Source: an uncultured Armatimonadetes bacterium
Lineage (GTDB): Bacteria > Armatimonadota > Hebobacteria > Hebobacterales > Hebobacteraceae
DNA length: 64,000 nt
Direction of reading: 5' to 3'
Assembly: GCA_963716175.1 (NCBI GenBank)
Contig: OY970296.1
Location: 992,001 to 1,056,000 of the forward strand
Each line of letters starts with the position of its first letter. The stretch's first letter is position 1. This document shows positions 27,544-38,388 of the stretch, in pieces. The notes beneath the pieces were generated by a model. That model was not told the origin of the DNA, did not search any database, and saw only the letters and a program-made list of their open reading frames with translations. Position numbers and translations under genes: made by a program.

Positions 27544-28658
27544 TCCCACTCGCTCCGCAAAGCCCACATGGCTATCCTGCTCCCTTCTGGCTGCTGGAGG
27601 CGCTCAAGGTCTTCGGGTTCACGCTGCACGCGACCGTGATGCACCTGTGGTACGCTGGCATGCCCCTCGCCTTCCTGCTCTGGCTGGCCGGCGGCGCCCG
27701 CGGCCGCCTTCTCGCCGGCCGGCTGGCCAGAGTCATGCCCTTCGCCATCGCGCTGGGCGTGAACTTCGGGATCATCCCGCTGCTCTTCACCCAGGTGGTT
27801 AACTACCAGTTCTTCTACCCCGCCGGCATCCTCATCGCCTGGCCCTGGCTCAGCGTGATCCCCTTACTGATCGTGGCCTACTATGCCGTGTACCTGCAGG
27901 CCCAGGGCAGGCGGCCTGTCCTAGTGGTCGCCGCCGCTGGTGTCAGCGCTCTCCTGCTGGTGATCATCGGCTTCTTCTTTGCCAACAACTTCAGCCTGAT
28001 GACCAACCCGGAGCGATGGCTGGTCATATTCCGGCGAACCGCCATCGCCGGAGCCCCCTCCGGGCTCGCCCTCAATGTTGGCGACCCCACCCTGGCGCCG
28101 CGCTGGCTGATGATGTTCGGCCTCGCCATCACCACCACCGCCGCATTCATCGCCCTCGACACCGTTCTCTTCGCACGCCCGGGCCGACCGGACTACGCGA
28201 TCTGGACGCGCCGCTTCGTCCTCGGCCTCTACACCATCGGCCTGCTCTGGTTCGCCGCGGCCGGCTCCTGGTACGTATTCGGCACCTTCTCGCATCTGAT
28301 GCATCAGGCCATGCTGGCCAACCGGGCAGTGACCGCCCTGATGGTGTTGACGGCCATCGCCCCGGGGCTTCCTTGGCTGCTCATCCTCCTGTGGCAGCGC
28401 TTCGCCTCAGCTCTCCTGGTCGGCGCCGCCGCCATCGCCCAGTTCGGGGTGCTCGGGATCAACGCCATCTCCCGCCAATGGGTGCAGAACATGGAGATGC
28501 GGCCCTACGCCGATCTTGCGGCGGTGCCGGTGCACATGCAGTGGGGCGGGCTGATCCTGTTTCTCCTGATGTTCGCGATCGCGGTCGTGCTGTGCATCTG
28601 GCTAGCGCACAGGCTGCGGGCCGCCCTGATCGCACAGGCGACGCAGGCAGTGCCGTGA
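27540..28658 (+). CDS. Polytopic membrane partner of the bd-like protein
   Basis: GTGA overlap; FTLHATVMH…ALGVNFGIIPLLFTQV; about 9 TMs. Confidence 0.65.
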   Translation: MIPLAPQSPHGYPAPFWLLEALKVFGFTLHATVMHLWYAGMPLAFLLWLAGGARGRLLAGRLARVMPFAIALGVNFGIIPLLFTQVVNYQFFYPAGILIAWPWLSVIPLLIVAYYAVYLQAQGRRPVLVVAAAGVSALLLVIIGFFFANNFSLMTNPERWLVIFRRTAIAGAPSGLALNVGDPTLAPRWLMMFGLAITTTAAFIALDTVLFARPGRPDYAIWTRRFVLGLYTIGLLWFAAAGSWYVFGTFSHLMHQAMLANRAVTALMVLTAIAPGLPWLLILLWQRFASALLVGAAAIAQFGVLGINAISRQWVQNMEMRPYADLAAVPVHMQWGGLILFLLMFAIAVVLCIWLAHRLRAALIAQATQAVP

Positions 28659-28721
28659 CGGCTTAGGCCGGGTGTCCCGGGAAATAGTAGGAACTCGACG
28701 GCGGCGAGACCCCGCGGGGCG

Positions 28722-29453
28722 GTGACTATGATCAACCTCGAAGGCGTTGGGGGCGACATGGCAGAGGCGGAGCTTGGCAGGAGACAGCGCGCTGCCGAAG
28801 TCGTGGTCTTCCTGGCGCTGATCATCTCGTCTGTGGTGTTCTCCTTCTTCGCCATTCCCCAGGAGCGGATCAGCTTCCGCCTGGTCGCCGCCTCCGTCAT
28901 CCTGCGGGACGTGGCCCTGGTCGGCCTGGTCCTTTTCTTCGTCTGGCGCAACGGCGAGGCCCTCTCTCACATCGGCTGGCGCCTGCGGGCCTGGCGGAAG
29001 GAAGCCGGCATCGGGGTTCTGCTGTTCCCGGTGTTGTTTGCCGGCGCCGGCCTGCTGGAGGCAGGGCTGAAGCGCATAGGACTCTCGGTCCCGCTCAAGC
29101 CGCCCTCGTTCCTGGTCTACCACCGGCCCGCCGACGTGTTCCTCGCCCTGGCATTAGTGGTAGTCGTGGCCATCTCCGAGGAGACCATATTCCGCGGCTA
29201 CCTGATACTGCGCCTGGGCGAGGCCACCCGAAGCGTCTCTCAGGCGATCATTCTGTCCGCCATCGTCTTCTCGCTCGGCCATGGATATGAAGGCACGGCC
29301 GGCGTCGTCACCGTGGGGATGATGGGCGCCGTCTTCGGATGGATCTACGTGTGGAGGCGCAGCCTGGTGGCGCCCATTGTCCTGCATTTCCTCCAGGACT
29401 TCGTTGGCATCGTCGCCGTGCCGCTGGTGAGAATGCTGCATGGGCCGGGATAG
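28722..29453 (+). CDS. CPBP (CAAX/Abi) family intramembrane metalloprotease
   Basis: EETIFRGY, FSLGHGY, HFLQD motifs. Confidence 0.9.
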   Translation: MTMINLEGVGGDMAEAELGRRQRAAEVVVFLALIISSVVFSFFAIPQERISFRLVAASVILRDVALVGLVLFFVWRNGEALSHIGWRLRAWRKEAGIGVLLFPVLFAGAGLLEAGLKRIGLSVPLKPPSFLVYHRPADVFLALALVVVVAISEETIFRGYLILRLGEATRSVSQAIILSAIVFSLGHGYEGTAGVVTVGMMGAVFGWIYVWRRSLVAPIVLHFLQDFVGIVAVPLVRMLHGPG

Positions 29454-29705
29454 CGGTCGGCAGACACCTCGCAGTCCCGCTGCCAACCAAGGGATCAGCC
29501 CCTCGCCTCTCGGCCTTGGATGGCCGCAGCAGGAGGTACTGCAGATTGTCTGGAAGTCTGTCCGCGCTTTCCTGAACGCGGGGCTAGCGGGTTCTCCCCA
29601 ACGAGCTGATGCCGCGATCCCTCAGGCCGTTGAGGAGCCCAGCGTCTATTGCTTCGATATGCGAACCTCATCAGGTCACCGCATCCAGGGCGAGACGGCG
29701 ATTTC

Positions 29706-30539
29706 ATGAGTGTGCTCGAGCTGACTGGAGCGATCTGGATTGGCGCGCTGGTGGCGGGTTTTCTCGGGTCCCTCACTGGGCTGGGCGGTGGGGTGGTCAT
29801 TGTGCCCTTGCTCACCCTCGGATTCGGGGCCGATATCCGCTATGCCATCGGTGCCTCGCTGATCTCGGTCATCGCCACCTCCTCCGGGGCCGCGATCGCC
29901 TACGTGAGAGAAGGCTTTACCAACATCCGGGTCGGCATGCTGCTTGAGATCGCGACCACTCTGGGCGCCAGCTTAGGAGCGCTGCTGGCAACCGTCGTGG
30001 CCCCACGGGTCATCGCCGTGGTGTTCGGGCTGGTGCTGCTCTGCTCCGTCTACCGGTCTGGGAGGGAGCGGGCCCCAAGCGGGCATCAGCCTCCGGACCC
30101 GCTGGCGGCGCGGCTGCGGTTGCATGGCACCTACCCGGGGCCCGAAGGCCTGCGCAGCTACCAGGTCCGGCGGGTGCCGCTGGGATTCGGCCTGATGGCC
30201 ATTGCCGGAGCGCTCTCCGGGCTGCTGGGCATCGGCTCCGGGGCCATGAAGGTGTTGGCCATGGATCAGGCCATGGGCATCCCCTTCAAGGTCTCCACCA
30301 CCACCAGCAACTTCATGATCGGAGTCACCGCCGCCGCCAGCGCCGGTATCTACCTGAATCGAGGGTACATAGACCCGGGGCTAGCCTGGCCCACCATGCT
30401 CGGCGTGCTCGTAGGTTCCCTGCTCGGTGCCCGGATGCTGGGCGAGGCAAAGACGAGAGTGCTCCGGGTGGTCTTCACTGTGGTTGTCTTCGCACTGGGC
30501 CTGGAGATGATCTACGACGGCCTGAGTGGGAGGATCTAG
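29706..30539 (+). CDS. Sulfite exporter TauE/SafE family protein
   Basis: GSLTGLGGG…SGLLGIGSG…STTTSNFMIG; start re-called to MSVLEL. Confidence 0.88.
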   Translation: MSVLELTGAIWIGALVAGFLGSLTGLGGGVVIVPLLTLGFGADIRYAIGASLISVIATSSGAAIAYVREGFTNIRVGMLLEIATTLGASLGALLATVVAPRVIAVVFGLVLLCSVYRSGRERAPSGHQPPDPLAARLRLHGTYPGPEGLRSYQVRRVPLGFGLMAIAGALSGLLGIGSGAMKVLAMDQAMGIPFKVSTTTSNFMIGVTAAASAGIYLNRGYIDPGLAWPTMLGVLVGSLLGARMLGEAKTRVLRVVFTVVVFALGLEMIYDGLSGRI

Positions 30540-30540
30540 C

Positions 30541-30930
30541 ATGCGGCGAGTGCGCGTCGCTTGGACCGATGATCAGATGCAAGCCATCATCAGCGCGCTG
30601 CTGCGTGCCGGTGTCACCGCGACCTCGTTCGTCGTGCTGGCAGGGGGCATCTACTATCTGGCACTCCATGGCGGGGAACACCTGGACTACCGAGCATTCC
30701 ATGGGCAGCCCGCCGCGCTGCGTACCATACCCGGCATCGTCGCCTTCGCGCTGTCTTCCCACAGCCGCGGCATCATCGAACTCGGACTAGTGATGCTGGT
30801 GATGACTCCCATCGCCCGCGTCCTCATCTCCGTGGTAGGCTTCGCCCGGCAGCGTGACTACCTCTACGTAGGCGCGACGCTTCTGGTGCTGGCCATCCTT
30901 CTCCACAACCTGCTCGTGGGAACCCTCTAG
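30541..30930 (+). CDS. DUF1634 family membrane protein
   Basis: LLRAGV…LGLVMLVMTPIARV; the usual partner downstream of this TauE subfamily. Confidence 0.8.
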   Translation: MRRVRVAWTDDQMQAIISALLRAGVTATSFVVLAGGIYYLALHGGEHLDYRAFHGQPAALRTIPGIVAFALSSHSRGIIELGLVMLVMTPIARVLISVVGFARQRDYLYVGATLLVLAILLHNLLVGTL

Positions 30931-30940
30931 CGCTGCCGCC

Positions 30941-31936
30941 TTGGCGGTGACCAGATACCAGCGTTGGCTGTCGCCCAAGTTCGTCATCGGTGAGAGTTAT
31001 GGCACGACCAGAGCTGCCGCCCTCGCCAGCCATTTGCAGCGGGCCACTGGCCTGGACCTCGTCGGCGTGATCCTGCTTTCCTCCGCGCTCGACTTCCAGA
31101 CCTTCTCACCCGGTGAGGGCAACGATCTCCCCTACGCGCTGGCCCTGCCCAGCTTCACCGCGGCGGCCTGGTACCACAAGAAGCTAGCCGCTGATCCGGC
31201 CCAGGCGCTGACCGAAGTGGAGCACTGGGCATTGACGGAATACACGACCGCACTGGCGCAGGGTGACGTTCTCGCGAGCGCGGAACGCGACCACATCATC
31301 GCGCGGATGGCGGAGTTCACCGGGCTATCTGCGAACTACCTCCAGACCAGCCGCCTGCGGGTCCGCCCCCCTCGGTTCGCCAAGGAGCTACTGCGGGGCG
31401 AGGACCGCACGCTCGGCCTGCTAGACAGCCGCGTTAAGGGAGTGGACGTCTCGCCCCGCGGCGAGTTCCCCGAGTACGACCCGGCCATGTTCCTGGTCAC
31501 CGGCCCGTACGTCGCTACCTTCAATGACTACGTGCGCCGCGACCTGAAGTATGAAACGACGCTGCGGTACGAGTTCCTCTCTCAGGAGGTGCACGATTCC
31601 TGGAGCTATGCTCCCGGCGGGCAGGGCTACCTATATGTGGGCGACAGGCTGGCCGAGGCGATGTCCAGAGACACCCGGCTGCAGGTCTTTGCAGGAGCCG
31701 GCTGCTACGACTTGACCACGCCTTACCTCTCTCAGAAGTACACCCTCGACCACCTTGAGCTGGACCCCAGCCTGCGCGGCCATCTCACCTTTAAGGTGTA
31801 CCAGTCCGGTCACCAGATCTACACCGACATTCCGTCATTGAGAGCACTGAAGTCAGACCTGGCGGCCTTTGTGAGAAGCGCTCGCGCACCTGCCTCGTCA
31901 CCACCCGCGAAGGGAAAACCGGGGGCTCGCCCCTGA
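30941..31936 (+). pseudogene. 5'-truncated serine carboxypeptidase S10 family gene
   Basis: Begins abruptly at TRYQRWLSPKFVIGESYGTTR; retains GCYDLTTP and SGHQIY; N-terminal region absent, no RBS. Confidence 0.75.
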
Positions 31937-32789
31937 GAGTGCTCCCGCTCAACTTGCGATCTCTGCTCTTGCGCGTCGGCCGGCCAAGAGCACTGGCCCG
32001 GCGTCGGGGACGGACGCCGGGCCAGTTATGGCGCGGGAGGGAGTTGCGCCGTTCAGTCATCGCCCGCGGCTAAGGGCAGGTGGCGGCCGTATGCTGCCCT
32101 GGCACCGCGGGATTCACATTGTCGGCCACCCCGGCGATGCTGGCGCCGCCCCAGAGGGCCGCGGCCAGCGCGGGAGCGTGAGGGTGCCGCGAGTGACCAA
32201 GTACCACAGTGGACATTACTGCCTGGACGTGCCGCACCGGCCGAGCGCATAGCCCACGGGGTTTCGGAGAGCGCCCGTCTGACCGGTGCAGTGTCCGCAA
32301 TTCCGCCTCCTTTCAGGGGCTGCCCCCCTTGGCTCGTCCAGGGCTCGCCCCACAAAGCAAACAGGCTGCCGTAGCTGTCACGCTCACCCGAGCCTTCTCG
32401 ACTCGGCGCGAGCTTGGCCTCTTCGGCAGCCTGGTGATCTCGTCCGCCGTACCGTCCGCCGACAGGGCGGAACCACGGCGGGCTTTGGACCCAGAAGCTT
32501 TGCGCCTACGCCGTCGGCGCTGCTACCTGCTGGCAACGCTCCCGGCGCTGTTTCGCTGTTCGGTTGTCAACCACCATCTGCTTCATTCCACAGAACCCGC
32601 CGATTTCTGAGAAGAGGTTCATCCCATGTGTGCCGGCAGCCTCCCGAGGCGCGTAGCGGCCGCCGCGCCCGGCACACGAGCGCGATCTTCGGCGGGCATG
32701 CGGCTCGGCCGCGACGATCTTGTTTCCGGAACAGGCATGTGGGCACAGACAGAGAATCCAGTCTCGCTATCTGGTGAGAGGCGGGTGAG

Positions 32790-33221
32790 GTGCAGATGAG
32801 GAGCGCAAGCTTGACCCCTGCGGAGGTAGCGCGACGCTGCCGGTACGACTGCGACAGCCGGTGCTGTCGCTACATCACGGTCGTGCTGCCAGCTCCCAGG
32901 CGCAAGGCGGACTTCGATGAGCTGAGCTGGTTTCTCGCCCACAAGGACATCAGCGTCTACGTGGAGGAGCGACGTTGGCACCTCGAGGTGCGCACCCCCT
33001 GCAAGTACCTCAACGATGCCAACCTATGCACCATCTACGAGAGGCGCCCAGACATCTGCCGGGAGTACGACCTCGAGGACTGCGAGTTCCCAGCTCGGCC
33101 CAGGCACTCCCTCCACTTCGACACCAAGGAGGAGTTCGATGCCTGGATGACCGAGCGCAAGGGGGAAAAGAGGCGCAGAGCGCCAGGCCGCAGCGCACAG
33201 CCGACCCGTGGCAGCCCTTGA
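32790..33221 (+). CDS. YkgJ family Cys-cluster (Fe-S/Zn) protein
   Basis: CRYDCDSRCC…PCKYL…CTIYERRPDICREY. Confidence 0.85.
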   Translation: MQMRSASLTPAEVARRCRYDCDSRCCRYITVVLPAPRRKADFDELSWFLAHKDISVYVEERRWHLEVRTPCKYLNDANLCTIYERRPDICREYDLEDCEFPARPRHSLHFDTKEEFDAWMTERKGEKRRRAPGRSAQPTRGSP

Positions 33222-33753
33222 GGTGACGCACACCCCTCGAATGCACCAGACCCATCGCCACGCACTTGGCGGAGCAATGTATGAGAAAGATGATAAGAGC
33301 CGCAAGCACCAGTCTCTCGGGGGATTCTACAGGTCCGCCATCAGACGGGAAATGGCATCAGGACAGCCCCAGTGCCTATTGAGCGGCTTCCTGGCTCCAC
33401 GGGCCGGCACTGGCAAGCGGCACAGGCGAACGGTTGGGGCACTGGGGCAATCGCGGGTTCACAGCCCCCGGCGGGATTTGCCCGCTCTTGACTTCTCAGC
33501 TGCCGCCCAGATGCATTCGCCTGACCGCATGTGGTCAGGGCAGTGGATCACGTCGTGGTCAGCAGAAACGCCATGTTGCGAGCGCGTAGGCAGAGAGCCC
33601 TGGCTCAGCTGGTAGGGTATACGGCAGACGCTAGGATGAACTAGCCCCAATCCCCTGGCGCTGTCATCAGGCCCGCGTGACCGGTGCATGTGGCACCGTG
33701 ATGCCTCCCCGTCCGTCGACCGCCGGCAAATGCCCAGCACGCGCAGATCCGGC

Positions 33754-35700
33754 CTAGGTCCATGGGAACCAGGGTGCGCGGATGTGCCAGATGATGGCGG
33801 CCAGAGTCCAGCTCACGGCGGTGGTAAACTCGCCGAAGATCATCCCGAGGAACATGGGCCGCAGGCGGGCGTAGAGGCCCATGCCGCCGTAGCGGACAAC
33901 GAGCGATTTGATGACCCACGCGACGAACATGGGGAACCAGAAGGTCAGGACACCCCATGACGTCGAGAGCGCGTATCCCAGAGGCAGAAACGGCCAGCCA
34001 GCGAACCGCACGCGCATGAAGCCAAGCCACGCCGTGATCACCGCGCCAGCGATGAAGCAGACGAGCGAGCCCGGTGTGTAGACCTGCTCTCCCTGCAAGT
34101 GAGCGCTGTTCTCCTGGAAGAACTGGAGGGCGTTCTGGCGCTCGAAATGGCTCCACAGAGTCAGCGCACCGCGGTGGTAGATGATGGGCATCTGGATCGC
34201 CGCCGACATCGGAATGGTCAGGACAACCGCGGCCACGAACGACACCAGGACGACCCGTCGCGACAGCCCCATCAGGTCCCCGATCTTCTGGCTGTCTAAC
34301 AGGGTCGGCAAGAGCCCGCCGCGCAGGTCGCGTGTGAAGAAGGAATCGAAGAACCCGACTGTTGTGAGGTTGTGTGGGCCCAGCAATCGGGGAGCGATCA
34401 CGAGGCTGCTGATATCGATGGGCGTGAAGCAGCCTTCCGTCATAGGCAGACCGCCTTCGGCGGTGGCCCGCGCCATCACCACCGCCTCGACGAACACGTA
34501 CACCAGCACGCAGAAGGCCGCGAACGCGATCGTCATGCCGGCGAAGTGAAGCCATGTGACCGCTGCCACGAGAGCAGCAAGCAGGAGCCAAACCGCAGCT
34601 CGGTAGGGCATCAGTTCGCCCTCTCCCGCCGGGGCCTCCCGGCTGATCGCTCTCTTCAGCACGAGTCTGACGTGACGAACGGCCATCACGATCATGAAGG
34701 CGACGAGCACGAAGAAGGCCCCATCGGTCTGATAGCCGACATACCCGTTCGCCCCGACGTGCATACCCCGGATCGGAGGCAGCGCCAGCCATAACGTGAC
34801 CACCTCCTCGAGTTTCCCGAGGAGGTGGAAGAACCAGAAGCTCAAGAGCAACTCGCGCGGGAGCAGGTAGAAGAACCCCAGGGCACCGGGTGAGACCGAG
34901 ACCAGCCAGGTGCTCAGGTCCGACAACGGCGGCGGGAGGCGTCCGGAGATGTCCAGATAGACGGTGATCTCCGGCACCTCCGGCCTCAGGTTGTGGATGC
35001 CATTCACGCTGAAGAGCAACGCCGGGATCGCGAATCCGATCCACATGAGCGGGTCGCGGAAGAAGCGCTGGCCCGCTCGTCCCCGCATCATCTCGACGGG
35101 GAGCTGAACCAGGGGGAAGGAGACCTTCTCGTTATCGCTCCACTGCCGCCGCAGGATGGTCGCGAGCGAGAGGAAGGCGACGACGAAGAAGCCGTACAGC
35201 ATCAGACAGAAGCCAAGGGGCCTGATCCAGAGCCGCCAGGGGATTCGCTCGCCCTCGCGCAAGCCCTCGTAGAACGCTGCTGAGACGAACTGGGCCGGTC
35301 CGCCCGCCGGGTCCCAGGGCACCATCCACGGTCGCACGTTGGGGAAGTAGAGCTGCTCCCATCGGTTCCCGGGGTCGGCGAAGTAGTTCAGCCCGACCAG
35401 CGCCGGAAGCAGCCGCTCCATCAACCCGAACGAGCAGACCATGGTCGCGGTGACCATCATGATATACACGACGGCCATCTCATGCGGCCGCACGCTCAGC
35501 GAGGGTGCAAGTCGCCGGGTGATCTGGCTCATCACCAGAAGCACCAGAAGGCCCGCTACGGCCACTGGAGGAATGGCGAGGATGCCAAGCATTATCTGCC
35601 CGGTGACCAGTTCGGCCCAGGGGACAAGCCAGCAGATAGCGCAGATGGCAGCAGCGCCGATACTCAGCGCGCGGACTGGGATTCCGGCTTGGGTCGTCAC
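33754..35700 (-). CDS. DUF6785/DUF6784-type polytopic membrane protein (second paralogue)
   Basis: RRQWSDNEKVSFPLVQLP…WPFLPLGY…VRYGG…PMFLGMIFGE. Confidence 0.72.
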   Translation of the reverse strand: MTTQAGIPVRALSIGAAAICAICWLVPWAELVTGQIMLGILAIPPVAVAGLLVLLVMSQITRRLAPSLSVRPHEMAVVYIMMVTATMVCSFGLMERLLPALVGLNYFADPGNRWEQLYFPNVRPWMVPWDPAGGPAQFVSAAFYEGLREGERIPWRLWIRPLGFCLMLYGFFVVAFLSLATILRRQWSDNEKVSFPLVQLPVEMMRGRAGQRFFRDPLMWIGFAIPALLFSVNGIHNLRPEVPEITVYLDISGRLPPPLSDLSTWLVSVSPGALGFFYLLPRELLLSFWFFHLLGKLEEVVTLWLALPPIRGMHVGANGYVGYQTDGAFFVLVAFMIVMAVRHVRLVLKRAISREAPAGEGELMPYRAAVWLLLAALVAAVTWLHFAGMTIAFAAFCVLVYVFVEAVVMARATAEGGLPMTEGCFTPIDISSLVIAPRLLGPHNLTTVGFFDSFFTRDLRGGLLPTLLDSQKIGDLMGLSRRVVLVSFVAAVVLTIPMSAAIQMPIIYHRGALTLWSHFERQNALQFFQENSAHLQGEQVYTPGSLVCFIAGAVITAWLGFMRVRFAGWPFLPLGYALSTSWGVLTFWFPMFVAWVIKSLVVRYGGMGLYARLRPMFLGMIFGEFTTAVSWTLAAIIWHIRAPWFPWT

Positions 35701-35818
35701 TCGCGTGCTCTCACGTGTGGTCGCTCACCGCGGCGCAACGGCTGGGCGATCTCGGTCGGCACTTCCTCTCTTCCGCGCAGGCCTCCTTCCGCTGAGCAGG
35801 CCACCAGTCCAGCTTCCT

Positions 35819-35922
35819 CTAAGGAGCTTCGCCGAATGAAGTAACACGGCGAAGCTCAAGAAGCGGCCCAGACAGGCAGAGGGCGATGTTCGCACATTAC
35901 TTCGTTGTGCGAACATCATTAG
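35819..35922 (-). mobile_element. 104-bp MITE-like element, family B, copy 2 (inverted)
   Basis: Reverse complement closely matches 49584-49687; CTAA…TTAG ends. Confidence 0.75.
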
Positions 35923-36008
35923 GGGCGAGCAGCCGCATGGTGGGTGCCGAAGACCTACCTCACCCATCAGGCCGACGATGGCAGGAACCACCTGGCACAT
36001 TTCGCACC

Positions 36009-36068
36009 TGGCAGAGCATCGGCCTGAGAATCCGCCTGTCCCCAGTTCAACTCTTGGACCCGGCACCA
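36009..36068 (+). pseudogene. Decayed 3' fragment of a tRNA (tRNA-Phe-like), possible att scar
   Basis: TGGCAGAGCA-tcggc-CTGAGAA-tccgc-CTGTC-cccag-TTCAACT-cttgg-ACCCGGC-ACCA; stem mismatches, 5' acceptor strand absent. Confidence 0.6.
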
Positions 36069-36367
36069 AAGGATGAAAGGCGATGGCGGAGATGCCGTCG
36101 CCTTTGCCACGCAAGATGAGCGCGTCTACCTCTAAGCGTGGTTCGACCGGGTCAGTTCGGTGGAGGAAACTGACCTGGCATCGAAACTACGAGAACGTGG
36201 ACGGGGTTCGGCGTTTCGATGGCGGGACGTTCTCCCAGTCCGCGTGAGGATCGAACTCCCTCTGTTTTCGTCGGCGGCCCCGTCCCCGCGCCCCGGTTTT
36301 ACGGCCGCCAGCGAACTCCCATGTTCCCGCTCGCCGGCTTTCTCCGTGGCAGGTGGGCGTCGGCCCG

Positions 36368-38388
36368 CTATTCTGCCCCACGAGCGCGCAGGAGCCGGAC
36401 AAGCGCGTCCTTCTCCGCCCTGATCCTGATGGCCAGCTGAAGGGGCGTCTCCCCGCGGCTGTTGGGCGCGTCGATATCCGCGTGTCCATCCAGGAGCGCC
36501 TGGATGACTGACGGGATACCTCCTGATGCCACCGCCACGTGGAGCGGCGTGTCTCCGCCTCTGTCGTTGTGCGCGTTGACAACCGCGCCGTGCTCGGCGA
36601 GCACCCTCACGCACTGCGCGATGTTCTGCACCGCCTGCTCTGTGATGGACGGGAGGGAGGGGTCACCCCGGGCCTCCGCTTCTCCCGCGGCAGCCGCGGC
36701 CACGTGGAGAGGTGTGTCGCCCCACACGTTCCGCGCGTTGGCGTCCGCCCCGCGTTCCAAGAGTGTCTGAAGAACATCCGGAAGCCCGCGTGCTGCGAGG
36801 TGCACGGGTGTGTCCCCGTTGGCATCGGCTGTATCCACGTTAGCTCCCGCAGCCAGCAGGACTTCCACCGTGCTCGCGATACGCTTGTAGACGCCGGGGT
36901 AGTGTGGCTGCGCCCGCGCCGCCGCGAGAGCGCAGAGGGCGCAGTGGAGGGGGGTGCGTCCGGCCTTGTTGCGCGCGTTCACCTCCGCCCCCCGGCGCAG
37001 GAGGGCCTTGGCCGTGGCGCCGGGGACGCTGTCCGGCGGCCAGGCTGGGGACTGCCGCACATCGAGGTCGCCCAGGCCGATCGGCTGCGTCGACCGATTG
37101 CCCCCCACGGAGATATTGCGGTAGAGAGTAGGCACAGAGGCACCGTGGGGTATCCAGGGGGCTCCCTTCGCCACCATGTGAAGCGGCGTATCCCCGTCGA
37201 CAGTGGTATCGTGGACGCTGGCACCGTGATCCAAGAGGCGATCTGTAAGGTCACGGAGGTCATTCCGAGCGGCAAGGTGGAGCGGTGTCTCGTCGCGCCA
37301 GTTTCGGACCCGCGGGTCCGCCCCCTTCTCCAGCAGCACGAAGGCCCACTCGATGCACCCGAGGGCGACGGCGGTGTGAAGCAAGGTATCACCCTCGTTG
37401 TTGCGGACCTCCAGGTCAGGCCTAGCCTCGAGTAGTAGAGCGGCGGCCGCCAGCCCCGTCTTGCCACTTGCACCAAGATGGAGCGGCGTATTGCCGTCTC
37501 GGTCACGCGCCCGGGATCGGCCCCGTAGCGCAGCAACATCCGGGTCAGGTCGAGACAGAAGGACTTCCCTTTGCGGCTGGCAAGCGCCGTGTAGTGCAGC
37601 GGTGTCCAGCCCTGGCGGTCCCTCGCGTTCACATCAGCGCCCGAGTCCAGCAGTGTCGTGGCCGCCTCCAGCCAGGCCATGACAGCGGTGACGTGAAGGG
37701 GGGTGCGGCCCGCGTCGTCGCGTGCCTCCTTGTCCGCCCCCCGGTCTAGCAGTAGCTTCACCAGGTCCGGCTTCCCGGTGAGGTGTAGCAGGCTGGCGCC
37801 GGCCCAGTCCTTCGCACTGACGTCGGCGCCATGATCGAGGAGCATCCGCGCGACCTCGACGTGCCCGGGCGCCACGGCCAGCAACAGGGGACTGATGCCG
37901 TTGGCGCGGCCATTGACGTCGGCGCCGTGGTCCAGCAGCAGTGCCACCAGGTCGGCATGGCCATCCTCCGAGGCCTGGTCGAGGGCGGTGTAATCGCTGT
38001 GATGACTGCCGGCGCTGACCGGGTCGCGCGTGTGGTTCGTGGCGTCCACCAGGGCGCCCCTCTCCAGGAGCAGCTTCGCCACCGAAACGTGGGCGCCCAC
38101 GGCCGCGTAGTAGAGCGGCTTCGAGCCGAAGTCGCGGTCCTCTGCGTCCACAGCTGCCCCGGCGTCCAGAAGGAGCTGGATGACGTCCGTATGGCCTGCT
38201 TGCGCCGCCAGGTGCAAAGGCGTGCGACCTTCACGGTCACGGACGTCGGCTGGCACGCCTGCGGCCAGCGCGGCGCGCACTGCCTCCGCGTCGCCTTGCT
38301 TCGCCGCCTCCAGGAGATCCGCGCGGCAAGCGCCCGACGTGAACAGGAGCACTACCGAGAGGAACGCGAACATACGGATTGCGGCCAT
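36368..38388 (-). pseudogene. Secreted ankyrin-repeat protein with a -1 frameshift near 37512
   Basis: Signal-like MAAIRMFAFLSVVLLF; many G.TPLH.A repeats; ADP|ARDRDGNTPLH restored by a one-base shift joining the two ORFs. Confidence 0.8.

Noticed and set aside
31940-32780. Short ORFs in the intergenic stretch before the YkgJ gene
   Set aside because: No recognisable motifs, RBS or coding-like composition
33594-33630. tRNA 5'-half-like string TGGCTCAGCTGGTAG
   Set aside because: Too short; no anticodon or T arm follows, and it does not pair with the 36009 fragment's acceptor strand
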